A stretch of DNA of 64,000 nt, from NCBI GenBank assembly GCA_013239625.1, contig MU054033.1:310001-374000 (forward strand). Direction: 5' to 3'. This document shows, piece by piece, positions 40,049 through 55,136 of the stretch. The DNA comes from Lama guanicoe (Eukaryota). Each line of letters begins with the position of its first letter. Position 1 is the stretch's first letter. Made by a program: the position numbers and the translations under genes. The notes under the pieces are model-generated. The model did not search any database and was not told where the DNA came from. It was given only the letters and a program-made list of their open reading frames with translations.

Positions 40049-42041
40049 TAGAAAGTCAGAGTTTTTTTTTTTTTTTTCAGAATCAGTTGCAATTACCACC
40101 GTGGTTCATTCTAAAATGTTCCCACTTGTCTGTTCAAATTAGCAAGCGCACTCCGCTCAGAATGTGCTTACACACTGAATCAGGCCACCCTCGTGGGTCG
40201 GAAGCCCTGTGTTGTCTTGTCCTCACCATGTGGCCAGGGCCTCCTGTTCCAGGACCGCCACCCTGAGGCAGGCAGCCCGGCGCCCGCGACCTTCACTCTC
40301 GGCTGTGCCTTTCCCGACTCTGCGCCCTCTCGGAGCTGCGCGTGGTTGGGAGGTACCCGGGCCTGATTTTAGCTGTTGCGGGGAGAGGTTCCAGGCCATG
40401 TGCTGCGCCCGGGGACAGCGCAGTGAACTCAGACCCCCGTCGGCCCTTCGCTTCCAGGAACAGTCAGGTCTTCAGGCGCCTGCCTGCCGGTGTGAGGAAG
40501 GGAGCAGAGCGCGGAGGGGTGGAGCTGCCCGGTGTCCGCCTCGGTAGCAGTTAGCATCTCTGGTTGGCGGGTAGTCCTCACACCGACGTCAAGGACTTCC
40601 TGGGGGCAAACCCCTTGAGTGAGAAGTGAGAAAGTGCACTAGACCAGGGCCCCCGATGCCCCCCTCCTCCTGTCTCTGCTCTCCCCACAAGCACACCCTT
40701 CTCTCCAGGCTCTCTGAGGAACAGGGTCTTGCGAAGGTGACAGGTGATCCTGCTGAGCTAGGTTCTCTGCACAGTGGCTCTGGCCCCAGCCAACCTCTGG
40801 TGCGGGGCTCCCCAGAGGCTCTGGTGGGGTTCACGGAGGCTTGCCTGGTAAGGGCACAGAGGAGGATCCCAGGTAGACACTCAGGTGCCGCTGAATGTCC
40901 TTCCAAGTTCAGGGCAAGCCTGGCTTTGTCTTTTCCCCTCAGTCTGGAAGGTCTAAGGTCAAGATCACAGAGGGGCCCACCTGGCCCATGGTTACAGACC
41001 CCCTGAGGACACGGCCAGGTGTCCAGTGACAAACAGAAAGGCTGTTACGGGACCTGTAGATCCTGGAAGTCTCCGTCTTGGTCTAAGGGGAGAATGTCTT
41101 GAAAATGTCAGCATCTCTCACTGGAAAAGCTTTTGATTCCATTTAAAGCAGAACTTCTCAGACCTTTCTGACCTCAACACACAGTCAAAAGTGTCCTTTA
41201 CACGTGACCAAGTGTACATACGCATCTGTTTCATAGCCCTGCGATGGGTTACGGGAAGCAACATGCACCCTTAACAGAGGCAGGGCTCTCTGAGTGTTTC
41301 TCTTCAGTTTCATTTCACTGAGGACAGAAGTTGGTTACGGCCTTAATGCGAACCGTGTGCCCTGACCTCCTCTGTTCTGTTCTAATCATGTTTTAAAATG
41401 CTGGCCGCAGACTCCAGAACTAATTGCACATCCCGCTAATTGGCAAACACTGATGGAAGACCCACGACTGTCCCTCGGTGACTTCTTCAGGAATTGTTTA
41501 AAGGATTAGCAGCTCGGATGGCTAAGCGGACTCATTTTGCAGCGGTTTTTAGATAGAAGTTTAGAAGGAGGAGTCGCTAGATGTGTGGGGTTTCTTTGAA
41601 AAAAACAAAGGTGAGGTTGCTCTGGACTGACTGACGTGTGCGTTGGCCGTGGAGATGGTCTGTTCGGAGAGAGTCCCCAGGACTGCTTCCAGGGGAGCTC
41701 CCCAGGGGATGGGCCCCAGCAGCCCTCCATGTGACGTGCAGGGTGTGGATAAAAGCAAGGACACGAGCTGGTGCCTAGAACCACCCTTCGGAAATAAGCT
41801 CTCACCTGATGGGTTCGGGGAGGGGAGGAGGGGAAATCCTAAAAGGGTCAGTCGTGCATCCTGCCCGTTTATACCCCGAAAGGAATACCATGTTTGGCTT
41901 TCTCAGCTCTTTCCCTGCCTGGGGGCAAAGGTCAAGACCTCCGGATGGTCAGTCGCCAAAGCCACGTGATGGGACTGAGCTGGGTTCAGACCTGCTTCTT
42001 CAACCCCAGAGATCTTAACCTCTCACCTGTCTGTTCCTCAG

Positions 42042-42200
42042 TTTTATTTTACTGTTTTATTAATTTTTAACTTTTTAAATTTTGAAGTGAGAGCAAGTTT
42101 ATTTAGAGAGAGGCACACTCCATGGACAGAGTGCAGTCCGTCTCACTCAGAAGGGAAGACAGCTCAGGAGATACACACTCCATAAAAAGCGTGGCCACTT
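42042..42200 (-). mobile_element. LTR-derived fragment with degenerate poly(A) tail
   Basis: tttatttagag..cacactccat..gagtgc..ccgtctc is similar to 60664-60790 and abuts a 42-bp T-rich tract. Confidence 0.6.
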
Positions 42201-42341
42201 GACAGATAAAGACCCAGGCCCAGAAAGGACCGGGTGACTGTCCGGTAGTAAAGGACGGGGCAGGGCCGGACCTGCGCTCCCAGGCCGGCTCATCCAGCCC
42301 CACCCACCTGGTGGGTCTCTTGGGGGAAAGGGACGCCAGCA

Positions 42342-42355
42342 GCGCCACCTGCTGG
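42342..42355 (-). promoter_or_regulatory. CTCF core motif (perfect match)
   Basis: Minus strand CCAGCAGGTGGCGC matches CCASYAGRKGGCRS at all positions. Confidence 0.65.
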
Positions 42356-42806
42356 CCATGCTGGGCATGGCGCCACAAGTCCCGGGCCGAGCTGGAGCGC
42401 CCCAGGGACTTAAATTCCAACCTCTCAGGATTTCCTACCCCCGCTCAGCAGAGTGTGCAGGCAACGGGGCCCCCTCTTTCTCTAGCTGCCCAGGTCAGAT
42501 CGTTATACGCAGCTCGTTCACAGATTACACTGGGTGGGCCTTCTGGCTTGGGCGCCGGACGGCGGATGCCTTCCTTGGAGCCCTGACCGTCACAGCCAGG
42601 AGCGCCCTGGAGTGACCACCTTTCCTCCTGCCACTGGCAGCTCGGCTCCCGCTCACCTGCCCAGACCTGGTCCCTGCAGCCCCCACCCTCTTCCTTTCTC
42701 TAGTCAGCTGTCCGGTTCCCCCCATCAAGCGTCCTGTGACGTCTTGCCCCTAAAAAGCAAGCCCACTGGCCTGGGCTCCAGCGCTCCCGCAGCTTTACGC
42801 CAAGCT

Positions 42807-42831
42807 CCCCCCCCCCCCCCCCCCCCCCCCC
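42807..42831. repeat. C25 homopolymer
   Basis: Direct reading. Confidence 0.9.
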
Positions 42832-43239
42832 ACGCCTCGAGCCTCCTCCAGCCGTTCCTCGGCCCTCTCCCCAGACTCCGCCAGAGGAGGCTCTTTCAGT
42901 CCAGCCACCTCCCCCCAGGGCTGCATGTCACAGGGCTGATGGTCCATCTTCCTGGCACATTGTCTGCATCCCCGGGGGCATCCTCTCGCAGGCCAGGCCG
43001 CCTCTCTGCTCCCAGGTCCCGGGATGTCCGGGAGACCAAGGCCTTTGTGCCTCTTCTCCAGTCTCTCCTAGAAGCCTCTCAGCCCACGGCTTCACCTCCC
43101 CCAGTTCACAGCAGGCCCTTAGGAAGTGGCCTTGGGTCTGATAGCAGGACCTTCCTGACGTGGACGCCGCCTCCGGCTGGATGAGATGTGGGGCTTTGCT
43201 TCACTTCTTTCTTGTTTCGCTTTTGACGTTTGTAAGTGA

Positions 43240-43800
<561 letters not shown>

Positions 43801-44899
43801 TAGAGCCCCGGGACCCCGTTCTGTCGGGGGGAGCCCCCAGACCCGGCCCTCACGCCAGGAGGGCAGCCAGCCAGCTCCAGGCACACAGCCCACTCGGCCC
43901 CGCCTGTCTGGGGGACCCGAGTAAGTCACTCTGTCCCATGGACACCAGGCTTGCTTCTTTAAGATGGGAGTCCTCTCCGTGCCTGCTGCCAAGGCTGTGA
44001 GGACCTTTAGGGGACGCAGGGCTGGCCTCCAAGCCTGCCTTGATCCACAGGCACCTCTCAGCACTCACTGAGTCCGGGTGGTGGCTCTCCTTGAAGGGGG
44101 CGACCAAGAAGAGATCACCCCTCTCCCAGGCTGGAGAAGTAATCACTGCCTTGGCTGGGCTGGGTTTCCAGGAGGGTGGCTGGGCCCTCGCCTGGTCTCC
44201 AGACCCAGGGTAACCATCCAAATCCCGCTGCAGGGCTGGCCCCATGGCACCTTAAGCCAGCTGCTCAAATACCCACATCCTCCTATTACACGGCGATGTA
44301 ACCACTGACCCCAGGAACTGGAGTGGGGATTAACTGAGTTACTATTTGGAGAGTTCTTAGAATCGTACCTGCACAGAGCAAGCACTGTGGAGCCAGTGGT
44401 CCACAGATCCACAGCCCAGCTGTGGCTCAGAGAGGCCCCGGGTGTCCCCGGGTGGTGCAGTGAGCGCGGGGCTCTGCTCACACGGGGCTGAGCTGCGTCC
44501 TCACGGGGTTATGGGCCAGGCCTGGGAGCTTCCCTCCCCTCCCACACAGTTTGGTTTTGCTTCCAGTGCGAGTGAACCTGAGGTTGGGGGCTGACATTCT
44601 CGTGGTGGAATGGGGGCGCCTGGTGGGTCCGAAGGGGTATCAGGGCCACGGAATGACTTCCGATGGGCGGGCTGTCTTGCCTGTGTCCGGCTCTGGCGCA
44701 CCTGCCAATTTAATTGGTGGACTTGGGGCTGTGTTACCATTCTTTTTAATGCTGCTTTTCTTGGACATTATGGCAAGTCCTCTGGTCTTTTGGAAATGCC
44801 AAACTGGGGACCTGCAGACCAGGTGGTTTTGCTGTTCCTTTCCGGGATAGTTGAAAGAAGGTGCTGTCTGTCCCCCGGGAGGAGGGCTGCGTCCTCTGA

Positions 44900-45232
<333 letters not shown>

Positions 45233-45824
45233 TGATGACACGGGACCAGGAGGCGGGTGGCTCTGGGCCGCCCGCCTCCCTCCCCGCCATGTCACCACCG
45301 TGGTTATTTGTTTGAAGTAAAGCTGTTGCTGGTTGTTAAAGTAAAATCTGGTCGTTACAGGATGTCTTAAGTTATAGAAAAGTCTAAAGAATAATGCGCA
45401 AATCACCTTTAATTTCTCCACTCAGCACAGACTGCTGCTTACACTTGGGGGCCCTTCCATCAGCCCTTTTTTCCGTGTGTGGTCCCGGGATATTCAGTTT
45501 GGCATCTTGTTTGTCAATTAACATAGCCACGTATTTCCCGCTATTAGTAAAAATGCTTCCTGTGTGAGTTACCACCGGCTTCTCAGAGCAGCATCCGTAG
45601 AGGGGCACAGCCTCCTGTTCCCCTCCCTCGCCTCCCACTCTGTTCAGCTTTCACCCCTAGCCTTGGCAGAGTGGGGAGAAAGTAGAACTTAAATCTCTTC
45701 ACTGGTCTCCCTGCAGTTTCCCTCTTAAATTATAACTGGGAGGAGAACGTGTAGTTAATGGTTGCAGACTTTACAGGCGTCATTATCTCTGTGCAGGAAT
45801 ACATTTGAAGAATGAAAATGCTGA

Positions 45825-45912
45825 GGGTTGGGTACAGCTCAGTGGTAGGGCACATGCTTAGCATGCACGAGGTCCTGGTTTCCATCCCCAGTACCTCCAT
45901 TAAAAAAAAAAA
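45825..45912 (+). mobile_element. vic-1-like SINE, short form (tRNA head + A tail)
   Basis: ggtacagctcagtggtagggcacatgcttagcatgcacgaggtcctgg...acctccatt followed by an A run. TSD AAGAATGAAA at 45808-45817 and 45913-45922. Confidence 0.88.
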
Positions 45913-46109
45913 AAGAATGAAAGCATTGATAGTTAGATTATAGGATAGCTACCCTTTGGAATGCTACAGTTGTTTAAAAAAAATTCCCTGCAAGGAAGGA
46001 TGTTCATATTGACTTGTTAAGGGAACGAAGCAAGTTGTAGGGCAATAGATGTGTTATGTCTTTTTGCTTTCTCTTTCTGCCTTTCTATTTGTCTTTTTCT
46101 CTCCTCGTC

Positions 46110-46277
46110 CTCCCTTCCATCTTTCTCTCTCTTTCTTCCTTCCTTTCGTTCTCTCCCTCTTCCTTCCTTCCTCCCTCCCTCCCTTCCTTCCTTCCTTCCT
46201 TCCTCCCTCCCTCCCTTCCTTCTTTCCTTCCTTCCTTCCTTCCTTCCTTCCTTCCTTCCTTCCTTCCTTCCTTCCTT
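46110..46277. repeat. Polypyrimidine / (CCTT)n microsatellite
   Basis: Long CT-rich tract ending in perfect (TTCC)n. It is the source of the low-complexity ORFs at 46049-46405. Confidence 0.95.
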
Positions 46278-47674
46278 GTAAAAGAAACAAAATGAGTGAA
46301 AGGTATGTGAATGAGCACACAGACACCCCTGTATTTCATGGAAAAAGTCCTGGGAAGAAACCCCAAACTTTTAGCAGTGACTTCGCAAGACCTACAGAGT
46401 GTTGAAACATAAGATGTTTTTACAACGAGCAGTCATTATTTTTGCAATTAAAAATAAAGCAAAACATAAAGAAAAATATGTACCTTCTTTGCCCTGGCAA
46501 TTCCAGGAGTCTTGTGTTGCCGACATATTTGCACTTAAAGGGCAGAAATGCAAGGTTATTTATTGCAGAATCGCTTTTAGTAGCTCAGTGAGAAAGGAAT
46601 TGTTTGCCAGCAGAGGGCTGGATGGTAACTGGAGCACATCCGGACCGTGGGACGGTACGCAGTTCTTGATAAATGCCTGGAGCTGTCTGTTCTGCAAGAA
46701 AAGTGGCCCGAGATACAGAAATTCTGCCACAAAACCAGGACCAGGAGAATATGGATGATATGATTCTATTTTAAATGAATTCCATTTAAAATTCTATTTT
46801 TAAAGAATTATATGAAACAGGTGCTTTTGTTTGTCAAATTCCTGGACTGTCAGTCATTTCATGTTCAACTTAAATATATACATAAAAAAATTAAGTGAAT
46901 ACCAACCTGTTAACAATGGTACAGCCTTTGGTGAAATTAGCCACTAGGGGTCTTCACTTTTCTGTAATACTATAATTATTAATAAGCAAGGGTGCTGTTG
47001 GTGATTTTTTTAAAAGATAATGATAAAATCAATGATTGTAGAAACCTCTGGGTGGACAGTGTTCCCATCTCTACCCTTGGTCTGGGGAGTCTGGAATGTG
47101 CCCCCACCCGACCCTCATGAAAAATAGCCCAGAATCTCCACTGCCCCTGAAACTTCTAGAACATCTGCCCCCAGGGTGGGGCCAGGAGAGTTCCGTGTGT
47201 GGTTTGATTTGATCTGATCTTCTGGAGTCTGGGGAGCAAGACTGGATTTGGGACGATGCTTTTTCATGCCGGTGGGGAGAGCGGTCATTTTTTAGAATGG
47301 AATTCATCTCTCAGGGACCTCGTGGACCAAGTGACTTGTTTGCTTTCAGGTGGAGAGCTCATTACTCACTCACTGTTCAAAGGGATGCCCAAGTCCCATG
47401 TAGTTACTCACCAGGTTAATATGAAAACTGCTGGAGAAGTGGGGGGCGGTGGAGAGGCGGCCTTTTGGGGAACTTGCGTTCCGCCACTCGCGGTGCAGAA
47501 GCCCCAGCCCTCCTTGAGACGTCAGCACTGGTGCCTGGCGATGCTTCAGCCTTGCGGCCGGGGGCCCTAGCCGTCTTTCCATGAGTCCTGCCTGGGGAGA
47601 CAAAGCCTCGCTCTTCACTGTGGACAAGCTGAAGGCAAAACGCCTCAAAGCCTCAGACCGTGCACCTTAGCATT

Positions 47675-47845
47675 TTTTTTTTAATTGAAGTATAGTCAGT
47701 TACAGTGTGTCAGTTTTCGGTGTGCACCGTAATGTCCCAGCCATGCATATATATGCATATACACACATATATTCGTTTTCGTATTCTTTTTCATTAAAGG
47801 TTATTACAAGATACTGAACATACAGAAGAAACTCGTTTTTTATAT
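47675..47845 (-). mobile_element. Short L1 3' end
   Basis: ttaattgaagtatagtcagttacagtgtgtcag..., TSD accttagcatt (47664) / accttaccatt (47846). Confidence 0.88.
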
Positions 47846-48332
47846 ACCTTACCATTGTTTTTGAACATTTCTTGTGCCCCAGTGCATACTGTGGGGTCAA
47901 ACTCATTGGCTGCCAGCGCACTTTTAAATCAAATGCACTTTAAACGATTATCTCCAGAGAATGTGTGCTCATTGTACCACAGTGTGGAAACCCTGAAAAC
48001 GTTGAAGGAAGGCAAGGACCATCTCTAATCCCAGGATCCGGTTTTCTTCCCTGGGGACGAGCCCGACAGAAGTGCTCCGTGGAGTTTTGCATTGAAGATG
48101 CAAAGGGCAGAGCGCCTATTCTGGCCGTGTTCAGATTAGGAAGGAAGCTGGTGGTGGTTCCTGCTGCTGCGGGACCTTCAGAGCTGATTGGGTTTTGTGC
48201 TCTGCATTCTGGTCTGTTTCTGTGGCGGGCAGGTTTAGGTTCCGTCTTAGAAATGCAGAGCGAACTGTGCATTTGGGGGAGACTTTCCCTCTTTGGGGTT
48301 TGGTTTATATTTCTGTCCTTTTGGGCAGCTGA

Positions 48333-48695
<363 letters not shown>

Positions 48696-49830
48696 TAACC
48701 TCTGCCTGGGGATTGGTTACCCCTAACGCTAGGGTTCTTCATTTGCTTGATACACGACACACGGTTCTTTTAAACTGGCCTTCATTTTGCCATTTCTTCT
48801 CTGAACTATATCAGGACTTTTGTGTCCTTAGGAAATAAACGGAATTCACTCTTCACCCTCAGCCAAGACCAGCCCTGTTAGCACGGGCCCGAGGGAGCTG
48901 TCCTCACTCCGCGGTGCTTCAACTGTCCCCACGGGAGGACACACCAAACAAGGGCTCTGGTTGCCCCACCATTTGAGGGTGGATGTGGCATTTTTAAGGG
49001 ATGAGGGCCTTTTTTCTGGTCAGTTTGGGGTTGGGTTGGTTTTGCTGTGTTTCGTTTTCAGGGAAGGACAGAGCAACAGTCCTGTAGTGGAGGTGGGACG
49101 CCCCCCCCCCCGAGTTCTTAGGGTAACGGGAACACCCTGCAGTGCAGGACAGGAGAACGTCTGTCCCCGTCACCCAGCTGCAGAGAAGGGACATTACGTT
49201 CTTTGCAAGCTTTAGGGGGAAAATTACTTCCACCCAGGCTTTGAGGAGTGGACTCATTGAGCTCTGTAGCCAGGAGTCACTGTGTTTGCTGGGTGCAGGG
49301 GCGGGCCGGAAGGGGAGGACACGGATTCCTCTGGGGTCACAGAGCCTCCGAGGACAGGGGCCGGGCACACAGAGCGGGCGAAGGTGGAGAAGCCGGGAGG
49401 GGAGCTGTTCAGACCAGTTTCACCTTTGTGGTGCTTCTGTCAAAGGCATCTAATGGGGATGTAATCAAGAGGAAACAGCAAGACAGGCCTTTTGCAGAGC
49501 ATCTGGCCTGGGCGCTAAAAATGACGCAAATCCTGGGATGTGCACCTCTGGGTTCAACAGTGAGACACGGCGTCCTGCTGTCATGGGCAGTGGGGCCTGG
49601 GCCTGTCTGTCGGCTCATAGCAGGGCGTGGCAGGAAAGGCCGAGTGGGGGACACGGCTGGGGGAGGTGAGCTCAGCTTGGCTCACGTGTGTGTGTGTAAA
49701 TAGGTGTGCACACACACCCTCACACAGGCACACTCTGCAGTGGCACTTTGGGGCGGGGGCATAATTTGCAGGCTGGTCGGGTCCCGTTTTGAAGGTTTCA
49801 TGTAGCCTCGTGGCATCAGGGCACGTTTAA

Positions 49831-51438
<1,608 letters not shown>

Positions 51439-52490
51439 GGCTGGCCGGGCCGTGGGGCGCTCGGGTGGGGGGGGAGACGAGCCGCCTGGAGGAGTGAGCC
51501 CTGGGCACTGGTGGGCTGTGAGCATGTCACTGTGTGAAGCCCTGCTCTGTCGTCCTCTCGTGCACAGAGCTGCGCTGTGGCCACCTGTTTGGTTGGAGGG
51601 TCTTTTAGCCAATGGTGCCTGGCCAGGCAAGGTTGGCAGGCCCAGCAGGACGCACGGGGACCCCCAGGGCCACCTGCATTTCCCCGGAGGTAGATCAGCG
51701 GTGAGCACTGCCTGTGCATTGAAGGTGGCATCTTCCCTCCACGTCGCACATGGATCGAATACTTCCAGACTTTGGGGGAAACAGGCCTGCAGAAGGCAGC
51801 AAAGTGGGACCACGGGCTTTGCAAGTCCCAGCGACTGGCCTGTTGGATGAGGATGGAGAAGGATGCTTTTCTCTCTACTGCCCCCTGCGGGCGACAGCCT
51901 GCCTTCAGCCACCAAAGATGTGCAGGAACAGGACATGCCTTCTGCCCCCTGTCAGGGTCGGATGAGAAGGGGCTTCTGAGATGGGAGCTCCGTGTTACAA
52001 CACAATGTGCCTTAGAAGAAACCCACACGACTTTGTCTTTTTGTGAAATGATTTGAATTACCCTGCATGTGTATTTTGCCCACTTTTCTGGAATTCAAGG
52101 GAAAGTTTTATGTTTTTTTTTTTCGGGGGGGGTTGGAATGTTAGAAAGGCAGCAATATTGTACAGAGCACAGTATTGTTATTTTTTTTTGAAGAATCATG
52201 TACAGACCTTAAATGTAATTTATACGGTTTTTGTATGCCATTTTCATTGAAGTATTTTGAGCTGAAAATAATGACGTGGTAATTTAACTGTTCACGGTCC
52301 CCACTTTGGGGGGCCACCTGATTGCGCTTCGGTTTGCTTGTGTTTGTACCACACGTAAGCGAGGTCCGTTCACTTCAGAGCTCCCGTGGGAGAAGGCCCA
52401 CGGGCGCGCCGCCGCCGACACGCGGGACAGAGTTCGCGTGTAACGCCCACACCTGGTGTATCCATAAAGCGAAACAGAATGTCTGGCCGG
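51439..52490 (+). other. ROR2: ROR2 3' UTR (3' end inferred)
   Basis: Follows the stop codon. U-rich block with several TGTA motifs at 52020-52350 and a variant signal CATAAA at 52463-52468 preceded by TGTA. The end is not directly observable. Confidence 0.6.
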
Positions 52491-54653
52491 CTCTCTGCAG
52501 GTCGTGAGGCTGCCAGGCGGCGGGAGGAGCTGGATAACGGAGACGCAGAGCGGTGACGATCGGAGGCTTGCGGGGCTGTCCGGGACCAGCCCCTCCGTTT
52601 GAATGTGGATGTACGTTGGCGGGCAAAGGATGAGAACAAGAGGTGTTGCTTTCCGCGGTGAGGTCTGCGGGAGGCGGGGTGCCGGTCGGGCATCAGCTGC
52701 AGGTGATGTGAGGATGGTCTTTGGTGTTAAAGCCCTGCTCCTCCTGAGGCCCCACCCCTGCCATTTACAGGCCTGGAGCCTGGCACTTCCCAGGGCCCTG
52801 GGGCAGGGCTGGGTGGTCAGACGGTGAGGGAGACTGGGCCTCCTTCACCCCTGCCCAGAGCTGCCTGTGTCCCCTGGGCAGTCAGCCGTGCGGCCAGCCA
52901 AGTCCGGGTACCCTTGGGCCAGAGAGTACCAGGACCAGGGTCGCCTGGAGGGCCAGTAGCCGCGGGGCTTCCGGTCAGGGGAGGGGCACAGCCACAACCT
53001 GGGTGGGGCCTGGGGATGCTTCTGCCAGCCAGCTTGGGCCCCTGCTCACCCCAGGGCTGGCCTCTTCCCCCAGCATGGGCTGGGAGCTTCTCCGTGTTTA
53101 CTGGTGATGGGGCCGTAGCCCCGGGCCACCGAGGCTCAGCGAGGAACGGCTTCACCTCCGTAGACAGTGGGCTCTTCAGCCAGCGTCGGGTCGTCCCACA
53201 GGGCTTGTTACAGAACCAGCGCTGCCCTCCCTGCTCGCAGGCAGGTCCAGCTGGGGCCGAGAAATGCGTCTCCAGCAAGTGCCCAGAGAGTGCCGGTGCC
53301 GGAAGCCCCCGAGCACAGAGCCACTGGATCCTGCCTCCTGGGTCTCCCCGGCTGCCCAGCACCTCGGATCGTCCTGAGTTTCCCACGCTTCTCTGCCTTG
53401 GCACCGCTGAGGGATAGAGCTGCACACGCCAACAAAGGAACATCTGAACGTGCACCCGAAGATCAGGAGGGACTCTGCTTGGTGGAAGGAGCTAACGTGA
53501 ACGGGATGAAGACCGGGGGCCCCTCGGAGCCCCTCTCCCCGCAAGCGTGGTCCAGGTTGCTTATTAAAAGGACTCAGGGCTATACAGAGTTACTTCCCAT
53601 TTCCACTGATCTGAAAGAGGAACTTCATTCTGTCGCTAATTTGGTACCCCTGGCGCTTTCACTGTTCCGTTGAGACCTAAGAGGGAGGATTGGGAAATAG
53701 CTCTTTGGCTGTTCCCCCAGCAGACACAGTCAGGGAGGCGGCGGCGCATCACTCAGCCCCCCAGACGTGAACGTGCCGCTCCCGGCCACTGAGCGCCACA
53801 GAGCGAGCAGCGGAGATCCTGCAGAAAGACACTTGGAGGGTTTTTTGGTTTTGTTTTTTTGGTTTTTTTTGGCAGAGGGAGGGAGGTTTCGACTTAGGGG
53901 ATTTGGTTGGAGGGGGAGGCTAAAAATAACCTTTGTTTGTTACCACTCCTTCTAATTGTAAAAGCTTGAGGCAGCTTTCGGAAGATACATGGAGATTTTA
54001 GAGTTCATGCAATTGAACAAAAATGACGTAACTGGGATGTTCCAGAACAACCGATTCTAGAGCTAAGCTGCATGACTCAGGTGAACAGCACCAGAGCAGT
54101 CCACCCAGCCGCATGCCCGTCCCTGTTCAAACCCACAAGAGGGAGAGCCCCACGGCTGGCGAGTAAATGCACTCGAGGGCGATTCTAATCAAGCCGTGTG
54201 AAGCCATAGACACCTTTTGCACTCTTTTTTTTTTTTTGATAAAATACTGGTTGAAACAGCCTGTCGGAGCAACGGCTAACTTCTCTGTGCTGATTTTAGG
54301 GTGTTTTCGGTAGACGTTACAGTATGTAACAGCTTCCCACGGAGTCCCCGTGAGCCTCTCGGGTCTCTCCACAGGGAAAGGCTTGTTTAAAAGAGCTCAT
54401 TGTGGATGAATTACACCTTGCAATTCAGCACTGATAGCTGTTTTTGGACAGTTTGTGAGTTCCTTACGGGAACATTTAAAATCTTTTTTGAGATGAGGGA
54501 TTTTAAGAAGGGGGATGTGTCAAAGTAAACTTAAAACTTCAGAGGACCGTGTCGAAGCCTGGCCACTGCCAGTCCCGGTGGCCTTCCCAAGGTCAGATCT
54601 GTTCCCACCTCACCCAGTTTTCTCCATCAGCCCTCGCAGTAGTGGATACTGTC

Positions 54654-55136
54654 GGTTACCGAGTCCAAGCTCACACCGCTCACCTCACGACAGGCCAATA
54701 GATCGAGAGACGAGTTCTTGGGGCAAGGAACAGCAGCTTTATTCGGAAGGCCGGCAGGCCAAGAAGATGGTGGACTGGTGTCCCAAAGAACCGTCTGAGT
54801 TACAACTCAGGCTGCTTCTACACTGAAAGAAGAAGGAGGGAAGATGAAACATTTCCTGTTTCCCCGTCAGCCGTAGGAGATGTGCTAATTTCTTCCTTCC
54901 TATGGTCGTCACAGGTGGGCGTGGCCAGGATGTTTCCTGTGAGCTAAACAAAGGTATTTTCGCTGAACCCGCTCGTTACCGAGAGAGGCAGATTTCCCAG
55001 AAATGGCCATTATGTATGATTTAAGGCTCTAGGTAACATCTGTTTAATGATTAACATAGTAAAAGCAATAGAACACAAAGGTTAAAGTAAAGGAAGCAGA
55101 TCCAGGGTGGGGTCAGATTTGTTCTTCCCCATCACA
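54654..55136 (-). mobile_element. ERV1-type solo LTR
   Basis: Termini (g)gttacc...atcaca, near-TSD tgtc/tgtg, minus-strand AATAAA (tttatt at 54738-54743), about 480 bp long. Confidence 0.7.

Noticed and set aside
46049..46405. Low-complexity ORFs (PSFL / GRKE repeats)
   Set aside because: Translations of the (CCTT)n microsatellite.
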